Positions 47,215 to 54,201 of a DNA stretch of 64,000 nt are shown piece by piece. The stretch lies in the NCBI GenBank assembly GCA_966096785.1, contig CBHTVU010000001.1:8850-72849 (forward strand). Reading direction: 5' to 3'. This DNA comes from an uncultured Gammaproteobacteria bacterium (GTDB lineage Bacteria; Pseudomonadota; Gammaproteobacteria; Pseudomonadales; Cellvibrionaceae). A program made the translations under genes and the position numbers. The notes under the pieces are model-generated. The model was given only the letters and a program-made list of their open reading frames with translations. It ran no database searches and was not told the origin of the DNA. How positions within the stretch are numbered: the first letter of the stretch is position 1; each line of letters starts with the position of its first letter.

Positions 47215-47365
47215 ATGTCATAAAATACCACACAAGACCTGGCGTAGCGCTGAAGCACATCAAACGCATCTTAAGCATGACCTGGAAACCGACAGCCATA
47301 TATATCGCTGTTCCAAATGCGGGTGGTTGCATATAACTACCACTGAAAAGTATTTTAAAGCATGA
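47204..47365 (+). CDS. possible small zinc-ribbon protein (53 aa)
   Basis: MSNKCHKIPHKTWRSAEAHQTHLKHDLETDSHIYRCSKCGWLHITTTEKYFKA. Its stop overlaps the next ATG (ATGA at 47362-47365) and its start overlaps the S2P gene end. Below the track cutoff. Confidence 0.4.
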   Translation: MSNKCHKIPHKTWRSAEAHQTHLKHDLETDSHIYRCSKCGWLHITTTEKYFKA

Positions 47366-47739
47366 TGCAGTTCAAAACGCTGAAGCATAAAACGCTGCCC
47401 GGCACGTATGGGTATCCAGCGAATGACCCAATTGAGCTGTGTCATATTAGCATTCCCAGGCTGTTGGGGATGAATAACACCATGGAAAGCCTTAGAAATT
47501 ACTGGCATGATCAACCATTAATACTGGAGCAGCTTAATGATTATGACCTTGTTACATACACACTTATTCCTGGTTTAAGTGCCATTGATATTGCAGCAGG
47601 TTTGATGAAAATCCATCATCATGATTATATAACTGACGAGATAGTTTATAAAGAAGATGAGTTGCTGGAGTTGCTTCACGCCTGGGGCCTCCCGCTACCT
47701 GACTGGGAAGGCAATGCAAAGCGCATAACTAACAAGTAA
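47362..47739 (+). CDS. hypothetical protein
   Basis: 125-aa ORF. Confidence 0.5.
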   Translation: MMQFKTLKHKTLPGTYGYPANDPIELCHISIPRLLGMNNTMESLRNYWHDQPLILEQLNDYDLVTYTLIPGLSAIDIAAGLMKIHHHDYITDEIVYKEDELLELLHAWGLPLPDWEGNAKRITNK

Positions 47740-47742
47740 ACT

Positions 47743-47961
47743 ATGAACTCCCCTCACACCGGCAAGCCAATGGAGCGCATGACAAAGCGCGTTAGCGTAG
47801 AATTCAAAGGTGATCATATATTGATCGATTGGATGTATTATTATTGTCCAGATGCTGGCCTTGAGTATACCAATGAAGAAACCGATGATATGAATCTCAA
47901 CCAGGTTTATCTCGCTTATTCAAAGAAGCACAATATCCCAATTGAACAAGTAAAACCTTAA
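47743..47961 (+). CDS. hypothetical protein
   Basis: 72-aa ORF. Confidence 0.45.
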   Translation: MNSPHTGKPMERMTKRVSVEFKGDHILIDWMYYYCPDAGLEYTNEETDDMNLNQVYLAYSKKHNIPIEQVKP

Positions 47962-47965
47962 TGCC

Positions 47966-48241
47966 ATGTCAACAATATTTATAGTATACCTACAATGTGA
48001 TATTTGTAAGGTAGAATTTGGCAAAGATAATCCGCAGACCAGGGCTTATATCATAAGAAATATGGCAGCGGAAGCTGGATGGACGGCTAATACAAATTTA
48101 GACCTGTGCCCCGAGTGCCGTAATTCAAAAATAAAAAAGTATAACTACGATATAAATACTAACACCAATATAAAAAGACGAAAAGCCTTAGCTGCTGCAA
48201 TGAAGCGCGATGAAAGAGATCAGTCAACAAATAGCAAATAA
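47966..48241 (+). CDS. zinc-ribbon protein
   Basis: 91 aa with CDICKVEF...CPECRN and a basic tail. Confidence 0.45.
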   Translation: MSTIFIVYLQCDICKVEFGKDNPQTRAYIIRNMAAEAGWTANTNLDLCPECRNSKIKKYNYDINTNTNIKRRKALAAAMKRDERDQSTNSK

Positions 48242-48497
48242 AATTAACAGTCGGCTTAAATCGTTGCGCATTAGTAAGACCGAGTTTGCAGCAATGGTAA
48301 AGGTTCCACCTTCTGCCGTATCAAAATGGCTGAGTGGGTCACATAACTTTACTATTGCAACACTTGTAGAGATACAAAGCGCTTTAATGATTAATTTTTT
48401 TGATCTGGGCGATAGCAAAAGTGATAAAGCTTGTTTCCCTTGCAATTATGAGTTTTGTATTTATGACAGCAAAACACAAGTACCATATTACATTTGA
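48210..48497 (+). CDS. XRE-family HTH protein
   Basis: 95 aa; RISKTEFAAMVKVPPSAVSKWLSGSHNFTIATLVEIQSAL. Confidence 0.6.
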   Translation: MKEISQQIANKINSRLKSLRISKTEFAAMVKVPPSAVSKWLSGSHNFTIATLVEIQSALMINFFDLGDSKSDKACFPCNYEFCIYDSKTQVPYYI

Positions 48498-49140
48498 AGA
48501 GCTGGCTATGCGGGGCGCGCAGGTCCTGGCAAAACAAGGTCCGGTAACTTATAAACAGGCATTAGCACAAATCAATAGAATTATGTCAAACAGCAAAGGT
48601 TATAACGCCTACGGCCAAATCTACCGCAACATTAAATCATGTGGCGACAATGCCCCCAAGCTCCAGCAGATCCTGGATGATCACATGAGCCTTTTTGTTA
48701 TGGCAAAAGGATCAACGCATAATCATCAGGCATGGCCAGGCGGCTATTTACAGCATGTTGCCGATTGTATGACCATAGCCAGGCGGTTGCTCAACAACAC
48801 TCCGCCCAGCTGGCCGGTACCGTTCTCCTTGGGCAGTGTTGTGCTCGTACTGTTCCTGCATGACATTGAGAAGCCATTTATGCAGAAGCGCATGGCAGCT
48901 GATCCTGAAATGCGATTATGGAGCGATCAACAGCGCATGGCGTTTAGAAGAAGCTTAATGGCTGAATACAAGATTGCTATTACAGAGGAAGAGGACATCG
49001 CACTTACCCATATACATGGCGAAGGAGGGGCTTATAGCAGCAAGCAGCGTGTCATGAACGAGCTGGGTGCCCTGTGCCATGCTGCTGACGTGCTAAGCTC
49101 CAGGTTGTGGTGGAATAGAAATAATCCGAAAAATATCTAA
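48463..49140 (+). CDS. HD-domain phosphohydrolase-like protein
   Basis: H...HD pattern (GGYLQHVADCM...VLVLFLHDIEKPF...HIHGEGG). The start is uncertain: ATG 48463 (35-nt overlap) or ATG 48508. Confidence 0.55.
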   Translation: MTAKHKYHITFEELAMRGAQVLAKQGPVTYKQALAQINRIMSNSKGYNAYGQIYRNIKSCGDNAPKLQQILDDHMSLFVMAKGSTHNHQAWPGGYLQHVADCMTIARRLLNNTPPSWPVPFSLGSVVLVLFLHDIEKPFMQKRMAADPEMRLWSDQQRMAFRRSLMAEYKIAITEEEDIALTHIHGEGGAYSSKQRVMNELGALCHAADVLSSRLWWNRNNPKNI

Positions 49141-49145
49141 TCATT

Positions 49146-49661
49146 ATGATCAAACACGTTCGCAACCTTGCACCAGAGCTTAGGGCCGCAATAAACACCA
49201 TACGCAGAGAACTGGCAACTGATGAGTTATATTTTAAAGCATGGCAATTTACCATGTCCAGGACGTTTCACAAAAAGATTACTGAATGGGCAGAAGCTCA
49301 AGGTGTTTCAGATAGCATCATGCAGGACAAGGAACACACGCTAAGTGATGTGTGTTTGCAGGCAGCTGCTGAGTATATAACTAAGTTTATAGGTGATATA
49401 AAGCAAGAGGATGAACGCGAATTGCTGTCCCCGCCTGGTGATCACATAAAAGAAACAATGAATGAGCTGGGCATAGATTTGCCATTGTTTGTCATTAAGA
49501 TGGGCATATCTGCCGAGGGCGCAAAAGATCTCTTAGATGGCAAAGCGCCGCTTACTGAAGCCATTGCCCGGCGGCTGGAGTTGACATTTAACACTGATGC
49601 CCAGTACTGGCTGAACCTGGAGACTAATTACCGGGAGAAATTACAACAACTAAACACTTAG
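49146..49661 (+). CDS. HigA/VapI-type antitoxin-like HTH protein with an N-terminal extension
   Basis: 171 aa. The C-terminal PPGDHIKETMNELGIDLPLFVIKMGISAEGAKDLLDGKAPLTEAIARRLELTFNTDAQYWLNLETNY matches the HigA antidote pattern. No HigB-like partner is adjacent. Confidence 0.6.
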   Translation: MIKHVRNLAPELRAAINTIRRELATDELYFKAWQFTMSRTFHKKITEWAEAQGVSDSIMQDKEHTLSDVCLQAAAEYITKFIGDIKQEDERELLSPPGDHIKETMNELGIDLPLFVIKMGISAEGAKDLLDGKAPLTEAIARRLELTFNTDAQYWLNLETNYREKLQQLNT

Positions 49662-49669
49662 TCATATGA
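49646..49669 (+). repeat. 24-bp direct repeat, copy A
   Basis: ACAACTAAACACTTAGTCATATGA, identical to 49941-49964. Confidence 0.8.
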
Positions 49670-49708
49670 CATTTCTTTTCACCATAAAGTTGATAAATAA
49701 TAACCCCG

Positions 49709-49927
49709 ATGAATAACTTAGAAGCAATTAAACAGCTGGAATCGGCTTTTAAGCACAATCCTGAATATAAGGGTAAATGGCAGGATTATATTGAACTGGC
49801 AATCATGGAAGCTTTTGATGACCAGGCGCCGCATGTAGGTAAAAATGCCGTTAAGAATGTTGTCAACGATGCCGCTAAAAAGATACTTCGCCTTTTTGAT
49901 ACAGCCTGGTGGGAAGCGCAGCGGTAA
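49709..49927 (+). CDS. hypothetical protein
   Basis: 72-aa helical ORF. Confidence 0.45.
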   Translation: MNNLEAIKQLESAFKHNPEYKGKWQDYIELAIMEAFDDQAPHVGKNAVKNVVNDAAKKILRLFDTAWWEAQR

Positions 49928-49940
49928 TAAGTTACAAATA

Positions 49941-49964
49941 ACAACTAAACACTTAGTCATATGA
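49941..49964 (+). repeat. 24-bp direct repeat, copy B (contains the start codon of 49961..50290)
   Basis: ACAACTAAACACTTAGTCATATGA. The AAACACTTA..ATATG core resembles the 55-64 kb cassette box. Confidence 0.8.
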
Positions 49965-50290
49965 ATCTTGACGACTTTGAAGCATTTGAAATCCTGGAGC
50001 GCTCTTATTCGCCCAACGCTGTAGTTGGCATTACGGATGACGGACGCCGGGTATTTATTACGGCACCTGTGCCTGCGCTGGGCAAGCAGTTGGGTGATAA
50101 AATAGCATTGGTTATCAAGGAAACATTAGAGCGTGAATGCAATATGAAGGTTGCGACATTATTTGAAGAGGCAGAACCCTCCATGGTTGAATGCCCGCAC
50201 TGCAAAGAATTTCAAACACATGGCTTCCCCATGAGCGGTAAGCTTTATTGCCGCAGCTGTGGGGAGTTGCTTGATGAGCTTATAGCCTAG
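49961..50290 (+). CDS. zinc-ribbon protein
   Basis: 109 aa with CPHCKEF...CRSCGE. Confidence 0.5.
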   Translation: MNLDDFEAFEILERSYSPNAVVGITDDGRRVFITAPVPALGKQLGDKIALVIKETLERECNMKVATLFEEAEPSMVECPHCKEFQTHGFPMSGKLYCRSCGELLDELIA

Positions 50291-50379
50291 CCAACTTATC
50301 ATGAAAAATAAATTTCATGAGGCTTCAGTAAAATACAAGTTCTGGGCTGTTTGTATATGTATACAAAACCCTCATCTAT

Positions 50380-50808
50380 ATGTACAAATACATACTAAGC
50401 TTAGTAACGCTTATTCCCGTGTACAGTCTTGCTCAAATGAACTCAGTACCCAGCTCTAACCCCATCGATAACCCCGCTAATAAAATGGCTATGGCGGTGC
50501 GCGCAACGGGTGCAAATATGGATATTAGCGTCCAGCAAGGCCCATGTTGCTTTGGCGATAAGGCTGCCGTTTTGTTTGTGGATTTAGGCAAGCTGCCGCC
50601 CGACCAATACAAAGACAAACAACTTAGGGACAGTATAATAAATGCCAGTAAGTTCTTATATATTGAAGACGCCTTGCAACAAGGCTGTCAAGAAGTGCGT
50701 TTCTTTATATCAAAGAAGGCCTTTTTGGGCGGCGCTGACAGCAGAACTTACACTGTTCTGCAGCTATTAGATGAAAGGCGTAAGGCCCGGTCCGCAATGA
50801 ACAAATAA
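50380..50808 (+). CDS. secreted hypothetical protein
   Basis: 142 aa with signal peptide MYKYILSLVTLIPVYSLAQ. Confidence 0.5.
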   Translation: MYKYILSLVTLIPVYSLAQMNSVPSSNPIDNPANKMAMAVRATGANMDISVQQGPCCFGDKAAVLFVDLGKLPPDQYKDKQLRDSIINASKFLYIEDALQQGCQEVRFFISKKAFLGGADSRTYTVLQLLDERRKARSAMNK

Positions 50809-50817
50809 ACCACCATA

Positions 50818-51042
50818 ATGAGCCCGTTTGAGAATTTACTTGTCTGCTTGTTAGTATTGCTATACCTTATACTGAAGTTTTATATATGGCAGGCAAAATT
50901 ATTTGATAATATCCCCATAAGTGATACAAAGGAATGGATCTGGACGCTTCCCACAGGGTACGGCATGGCTATAACGTTCACAAACGTTGATGGCAAACGG
51001 GGCTGTTGGCGTATGGGCTTTTTTAGGATAAGAAAGCAATAG
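50818..51042 (+). CDS. small membrane protein
   Basis: 74 aa with an N-terminal TM (LLVCLLVLLYLILKFYIW). Confidence 0.4.
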   Translation: MSPFENLLVCLLVLLYLILKFYIWQAKLFDNIPISDTKEWIWTLPTGYGMAITFTNVDGKRGCWRMGFFRIRKQ

Positions 51043-51054
51043 TATTTTAGCAAT

Positions 51055-51369
51055 ATGGATGACGAACTATATTTTGGCTGGTCTTGGATAACGCCAGAAG
51101 ATATAATAATTTACGAGCACCCGCTGCTATGGCGCTCCAACCTGTTAACCCAGCGCAATAAAACAGTCATTAAGCGGCTACGCCATATGGGGCGCCGGCA
51201 TATGCCACTGCCAAAGCCGCTACCCTGCAATTTTGACCATAACGGCGAATGTCTGGTTTGTGACTGCTGGCCCTCCGATTGTGCCTATAAGCGGTATTTA
51301 GCAGGGGATTATAGCTATGAGAGCAAAGTGCAACTGGAGTGTATGTTTAAGGAATACCATAGGCGATAG
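51055..51369 (+). CDS. Cys-rich hypothetical protein
   Basis: 104 aa with CNFDHNGECLVCDCWPSDC. Confidence 0.45.
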   Translation: MDDELYFGWSWITPEDIIIYEHPLLWRSNLLTQRNKTVIKRLRHMGRRHMPLPKPLPCNFDHNGECLVCDCWPSDCAYKRYLAGDYSYESKVQLECMFKEYHRR

Positions 51370-51421
51370 ATTAGTATTACGCACCATAACCCTAACACCC
51401 CAATACAAAACCCCTTAATCA

Positions 51422-52099
51422 ATGAAGCTGGCTCTTAAATTATCAGTTGCGCTCAATGTTCTATTTTTACTATTTTTTATTGGCAAACGTGTTTATTACA
51501 CTTATGGCGCTCCAGGCAAAGCTGCAGCGACGAATTACGAAGAAACAATATTCGCCAAAGCGTCTGTTCAAAACCAGCTGCCGATAGATAGCAATGATGT
51601 TGTATTTATTGGTAATTCTTTAACAGAAGGCTTTCCGGTCACAGAGTATTTTGCGAACGCAAAAAACCGTGGCGTCGGGGGCAGCGAAACCCGGCATGTA
51701 CTTGCCAGGATAGGCCCTATAGTAAATGGGCGCCCTAAGAAGATCTTTTTAGAAATAGGCGTAAATGACCTGGCTGCGGGGGTGTCTATAAATGACGCAT
51801 TGGCCAAATACAATACAATTATTAGCACCATTCAAACCCGGTCACCACGCACAGCTATATACATACAGTCCATTTTCCCAGTCTGCAAAGAGTATAGCAA
51901 CTTATTACCCGCTATCAAAGAATTTAATTCTAAGCTGGCACAACAGTATGGACATATTGCAGGAATTACATATTTGAATATTTACCCAAGCTTGGTTAAA
52001 AATAACAAATTAGACAGCGCACTAACGCATGATGGCATTCACTTAAACGCAAAAGGGTATCAAATATGGAAAAAGGAAATAGAACATGCAGTAAACTAA
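51422..52099 (+). CDS. SGNH/GDSL-family hydrolase (esterase), membrane-anchored or secreted
   Basis: 225 aa. N-terminal hydrophobic anchor. Block I VVFIGNSLTEG, block II GVGGSET, block III EIGVNDL, block V HDGIHLNAKGY. Confidence 0.8.
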   Translation: MKLALKLSVALNVLFLLFFIGKRVYYTYGAPGKAAATNYEETIFAKASVQNQLPIDSNDVVFIGNSLTEGFPVTEYFANAKNRGVGGSETRHVLARIGPIVNGRPKKIFLEIGVNDLAAGVSINDALAKYNTIISTIQTRSPRTAIYIQSIFPVCKEYSNLLPAIKEFNSKLAQQYGHIAGITYLNIYPSLVKNNKLDSALTHDGIHLNAKGYQIWKKEIEHAVN

Positions 52100-52114
52100 T
52101 AAACCAATACCCAC

Positions 52115-52339
52115 ATGGCAAAAATTAGCGCCCTAATCATCAAACAGCTATTTAAAATAATTACGCCTGAAGAGCGTAAAGAACTGGACAACTATGCCGC
52201 AGAGTCAGAAGAAAACAGGCAAATGGTCGAAAAATACACCGACGGTAAAAAGGTGCTGGAAGAGATTAAACTAAGCGAACAATTTTTAAATGAGGAAGAT
52301 TGGTTAAAGATTGAAGCCAATCTGCCCAAAAACACCTAA
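52115..52339 (+). CDS. FecR-N-terminal-like (anti-sigma domain-like) mini-protein, paralogue 1
   Basis: 74 aa. ISALIIKQLFKIITPEERKELDNYAAESEENRQMVEKY follows the Bacteroidota FecR N-terminal pattern (l..kyl.g.ls.eE...l..W...s.eN...f). No TM or periplasmic part. Confidence 0.5.
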   Translation: MAKISALIIKQLFKIITPEERKELDNYAAESEENRQMVEKYTDGKKVLEEIKLSEQFLNEEDWLKIEANLPKNT

Positions 52340-52361
52340 AGCAAAAACCCACCCCATCAAC

Positions 52362-52589
52362 ATGCAACGAATCAGTACGCTGATCATTAAATTACGCAAT
52401 AACGAGATTACGCCTGAGGAGCGTATAGAACTGGACGCCTTCGCAGCCCAGTCTGAAGACAATAAAAGATTGGTAGAAGACTATTCCAATTACAGCCATG
52501 TGCTAAAGGAAATAAAGGAATCAGATAAGTACCGTACAGAAGAAAACTGGCAAAGGGTTAAAGCAGGTCTGCCAAAGCCAGCTATGTAA
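52362..52589 (+). CDS. FecR-N-terminal-like mini-protein, paralogue 2
   Basis: ATG at 52362 (MQRISTLIIKLRNNEITPEERIELDAFAAQSEDNKRLVEDY...). Clearly paralogous to 52115..52339. Confidence 0.5.
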   Translation: MQRISTLIIKLRNNEITPEERIELDAFAAQSEDNKRLVEDYSNYSHVLKEIKESDKYRTEENWQRVKAGLPKPAM

Positions 52590-52652
52590 AGAAATGTTAG
52601 GAAATATGCGGCAAAACCCCGAGTTTAGACCAAAATAGTTAATACAAAGCCG

Positions 52653-52916
52653 ATGAGATTACAAATACCCGACTTCTCAATACCAGGACCCGATTGCTAC
52701 TTGACCGTAGATAAGAATAACGTACAGCTCAAAGTGGGCGATGTGGTACAAAGCTGCACGCTACCATTGCGGGGCCGGGAAAAGCGCACAGAACACTACC
52801 AACCCGTCAAAATGGTTGATGGCCACCTTGTTATACCGCATGCAGGATCACACCTGGTTGATATATTTGTTAAAACAGAATGCGAAATTGTAAAAAATAT
52901 CAGCAAACAAAGTTAA
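52653..52916 (+). CDS. hypothetical protein
   Basis: 87-aa ORF between paralogues 2 and 3. Confidence 0.45.
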   Translation: MRLQIPDFSIPGPDCYLTVDKNNVQLKVGDVVQSCTLPLRGREKRTEHYQPVKMVDGHLVIPHAGSHLVDIFVKTECEIVKNISKQS

Positions 52917-52974
52917 AATGCCGATCAGCCGTGTTTACTTATATGAGAGACTTCTAATTCATTAACGTAAACAC

Positions 52975-53205
52975 ATGATCAACATGAAAACCCGAATTGA
53001 GGAACTCCTGCTAAAAAGGCTGATGCAAATGCTTACTCCTGAAGAAGCCACCCAACTGGAAGACTTCAGAAACCAGTCCGAAGCTAACCGTGAACTGGTG
53101 GATAGCCTAAAGCCTGGCAAGAAGCTATATGACGCTGTAACGTGGAAGCTGGATGTTGAAGGGGCATTAGAAAAAACAAAACAAGAGCTGTTTGGCGACA
53201 GCTGA
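52975..53205 (+). CDS. FecR-N-terminal-like mini-protein, paralogue 3
   Basis: MINMKTRIEELLLKRLMQMLTPEEATQLEDFRNQSEANRELVDSL. A start at 52984 would align best with the other paralogues. Confidence 0.45.
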   Translation: MINMKTRIEELLLKRLMQMLTPEEATQLEDFRNQSEANRELVDSLKPGKKLYDAVTWKLDVEGALEKTKQELFGDS

Positions 53206-53260
53206 CGGTTAAGGGGCTAATCACCCCTCCCGCTCCTGGACAACGCAGGATGGCAAAAAA

Positions 53261-53545
53261 TCAATATAAAGACTCCAGCAAAACTTTAACGCCTGGCACA
53301 ACAGCCCAAAACGCCGGCAACTTATCTGGAGCAATATCCATATGATCTAATGATAGAATGTAAACAATAGGCAATGGCACCTCAAGTGTATTAGCTATCT
53401 TTATCATTGTGGCATGCTCAGGATGATGTTTATTATTCTCTATCAAGCTCATTGAGGTTGCTGATATACCAACCAGGTTGGCAAGTTCATATTGCTTTAG
53501 ACCACGCTCTTTTCGGAGTCTTTCTATTACAATACCTAAATTCAT
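53261..53545 (-). CDS. XRE/Cro-C1-type repressor-like HTH protein
   Basis: ATG at 53545 (MNLGIVIERLRKERGLKQYELANLVGISATSMSLIENNKHHP...). The track start at 53566 is TTG. One of only two minus-strand genes in the plus-strand half of the window. Confidence 0.7.
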   Translation of the reverse strand: MNLGIVIERLRKERGLKQYELANLVGISATSMSLIENNKHHPEHATMIKIANTLEVPLPIVYILSLDHMDIAPDKLPAFWAVVPGVKVLLESLY

Positions 53546-53585
53546 ACTTAAATACTTTCCCGGCAAAATACGTATTTATTTAAGT
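53546..53585. promoter_or_regulatory. inverted repeat (operator candidate) in the divergent intergenic region
   Basis: ACTTAAATA (53546-53554) and TATTTAAGT (53577-53585) flank the 55-nt gap between the divergent genes 53545(-) and 53601(+). Confidence 0.45.
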
Positions 53586-53600
53586 TAAAGGTACAAAACC

Positions 53601-53864
53601 ATGACAACAAAGCAAGCCTTCTCTGTCCCCGTAGGCACCCTCATAATCCATAAACGGTACGGCAAAGCCGTAGTATATGATCACATTCACAATTTTGGCC
53701 CCGCAATAATCCCAACAACGCCCTATGGGCGCTATTTGCTCCAGCAAGACAGCGGCATGCCTGACTGTCCCATCCATGAATTGTGGCGAACAGCAACACC
53801 ATATCTCGCTACAGACTATAAAAGGAATCTACAGTTCTATATAGCGAAGGACCGGGCGGGATGA
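53601..53864 (+). CDS. hypothetical protein (divergent from the XRE gene)
   Basis: 87-aa ORF. Confidence 0.5.
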   Translation: MTTKQAFSVPVGTLIIHKRYGKAVVYDHIHNFGPAIIPTTPYGRYLLQQDSGMPDCPIHELWRTATPYLATDYKRNLQFYIAKDRAG

Positions 53865-53891
53865 GGCAGGAAAATTCTGGTGAAGAAAGGG

Positions 53892-54033
53892 GGGCGGGAT
53901 GATTACATTTCGATGGGGGCCGGCAAATCGCGGGGAAACGCGTCTAAAATGACCCGGGGCGGTGCGATTTGGCCAATTTTGGATCGAATTTGGGCGAATT
54001 AGGGGTAAATAGTAAAATGCTCGCGGGAAATGC
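53892..54033. repeat. phased G-tract/A-T-tract repeat array (iteron-like)
   Basis: About 9 units of GGG(C)G-n-AAAT/ATTT at 10-13-bp spacing. The tightest stretch is GCGATTTGG CCAATTTTGG ATCGAATTTGG GCGAATTAGG GGTAAATA (53964-54011). Confidence 0.5.
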
Positions 54034-54201
54034 TCAAACTTATGTAATATATCTTATGTTAAATAGAATTTGCCTATCCCCTACCCTAGCATGATTGTCA
54101 ATTAATTACATATGCGCGCAGGAACGCATAACTAAGAACTTAGTCAATAATCCCCTCCGCTTTTCCTCCCGCTATACTTAATAATTCCCTATTTTGTAGT
54201 T

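Noticed and set aside
47121-47336. 71-aa plus-strand ORF after the S2P gene
   Set aside because: It overlaps the S2P 3' end by about 90 nt in another frame and has no coupling signals. The alternative 53-codon frame 47204..47365 has a Cys-x2-Cys motif and an ATGA junction with the next gene.
44886-53603. Recurrent ACAAAACC(C) 7-12 nt upstream of several ATGs (44907, 50380, 51422, 52362, 53601)
   Set aside because: It is short, A/C-rich and variably spaced, with too few copies to separate it from the general A-rich SD-less start context without statistics.
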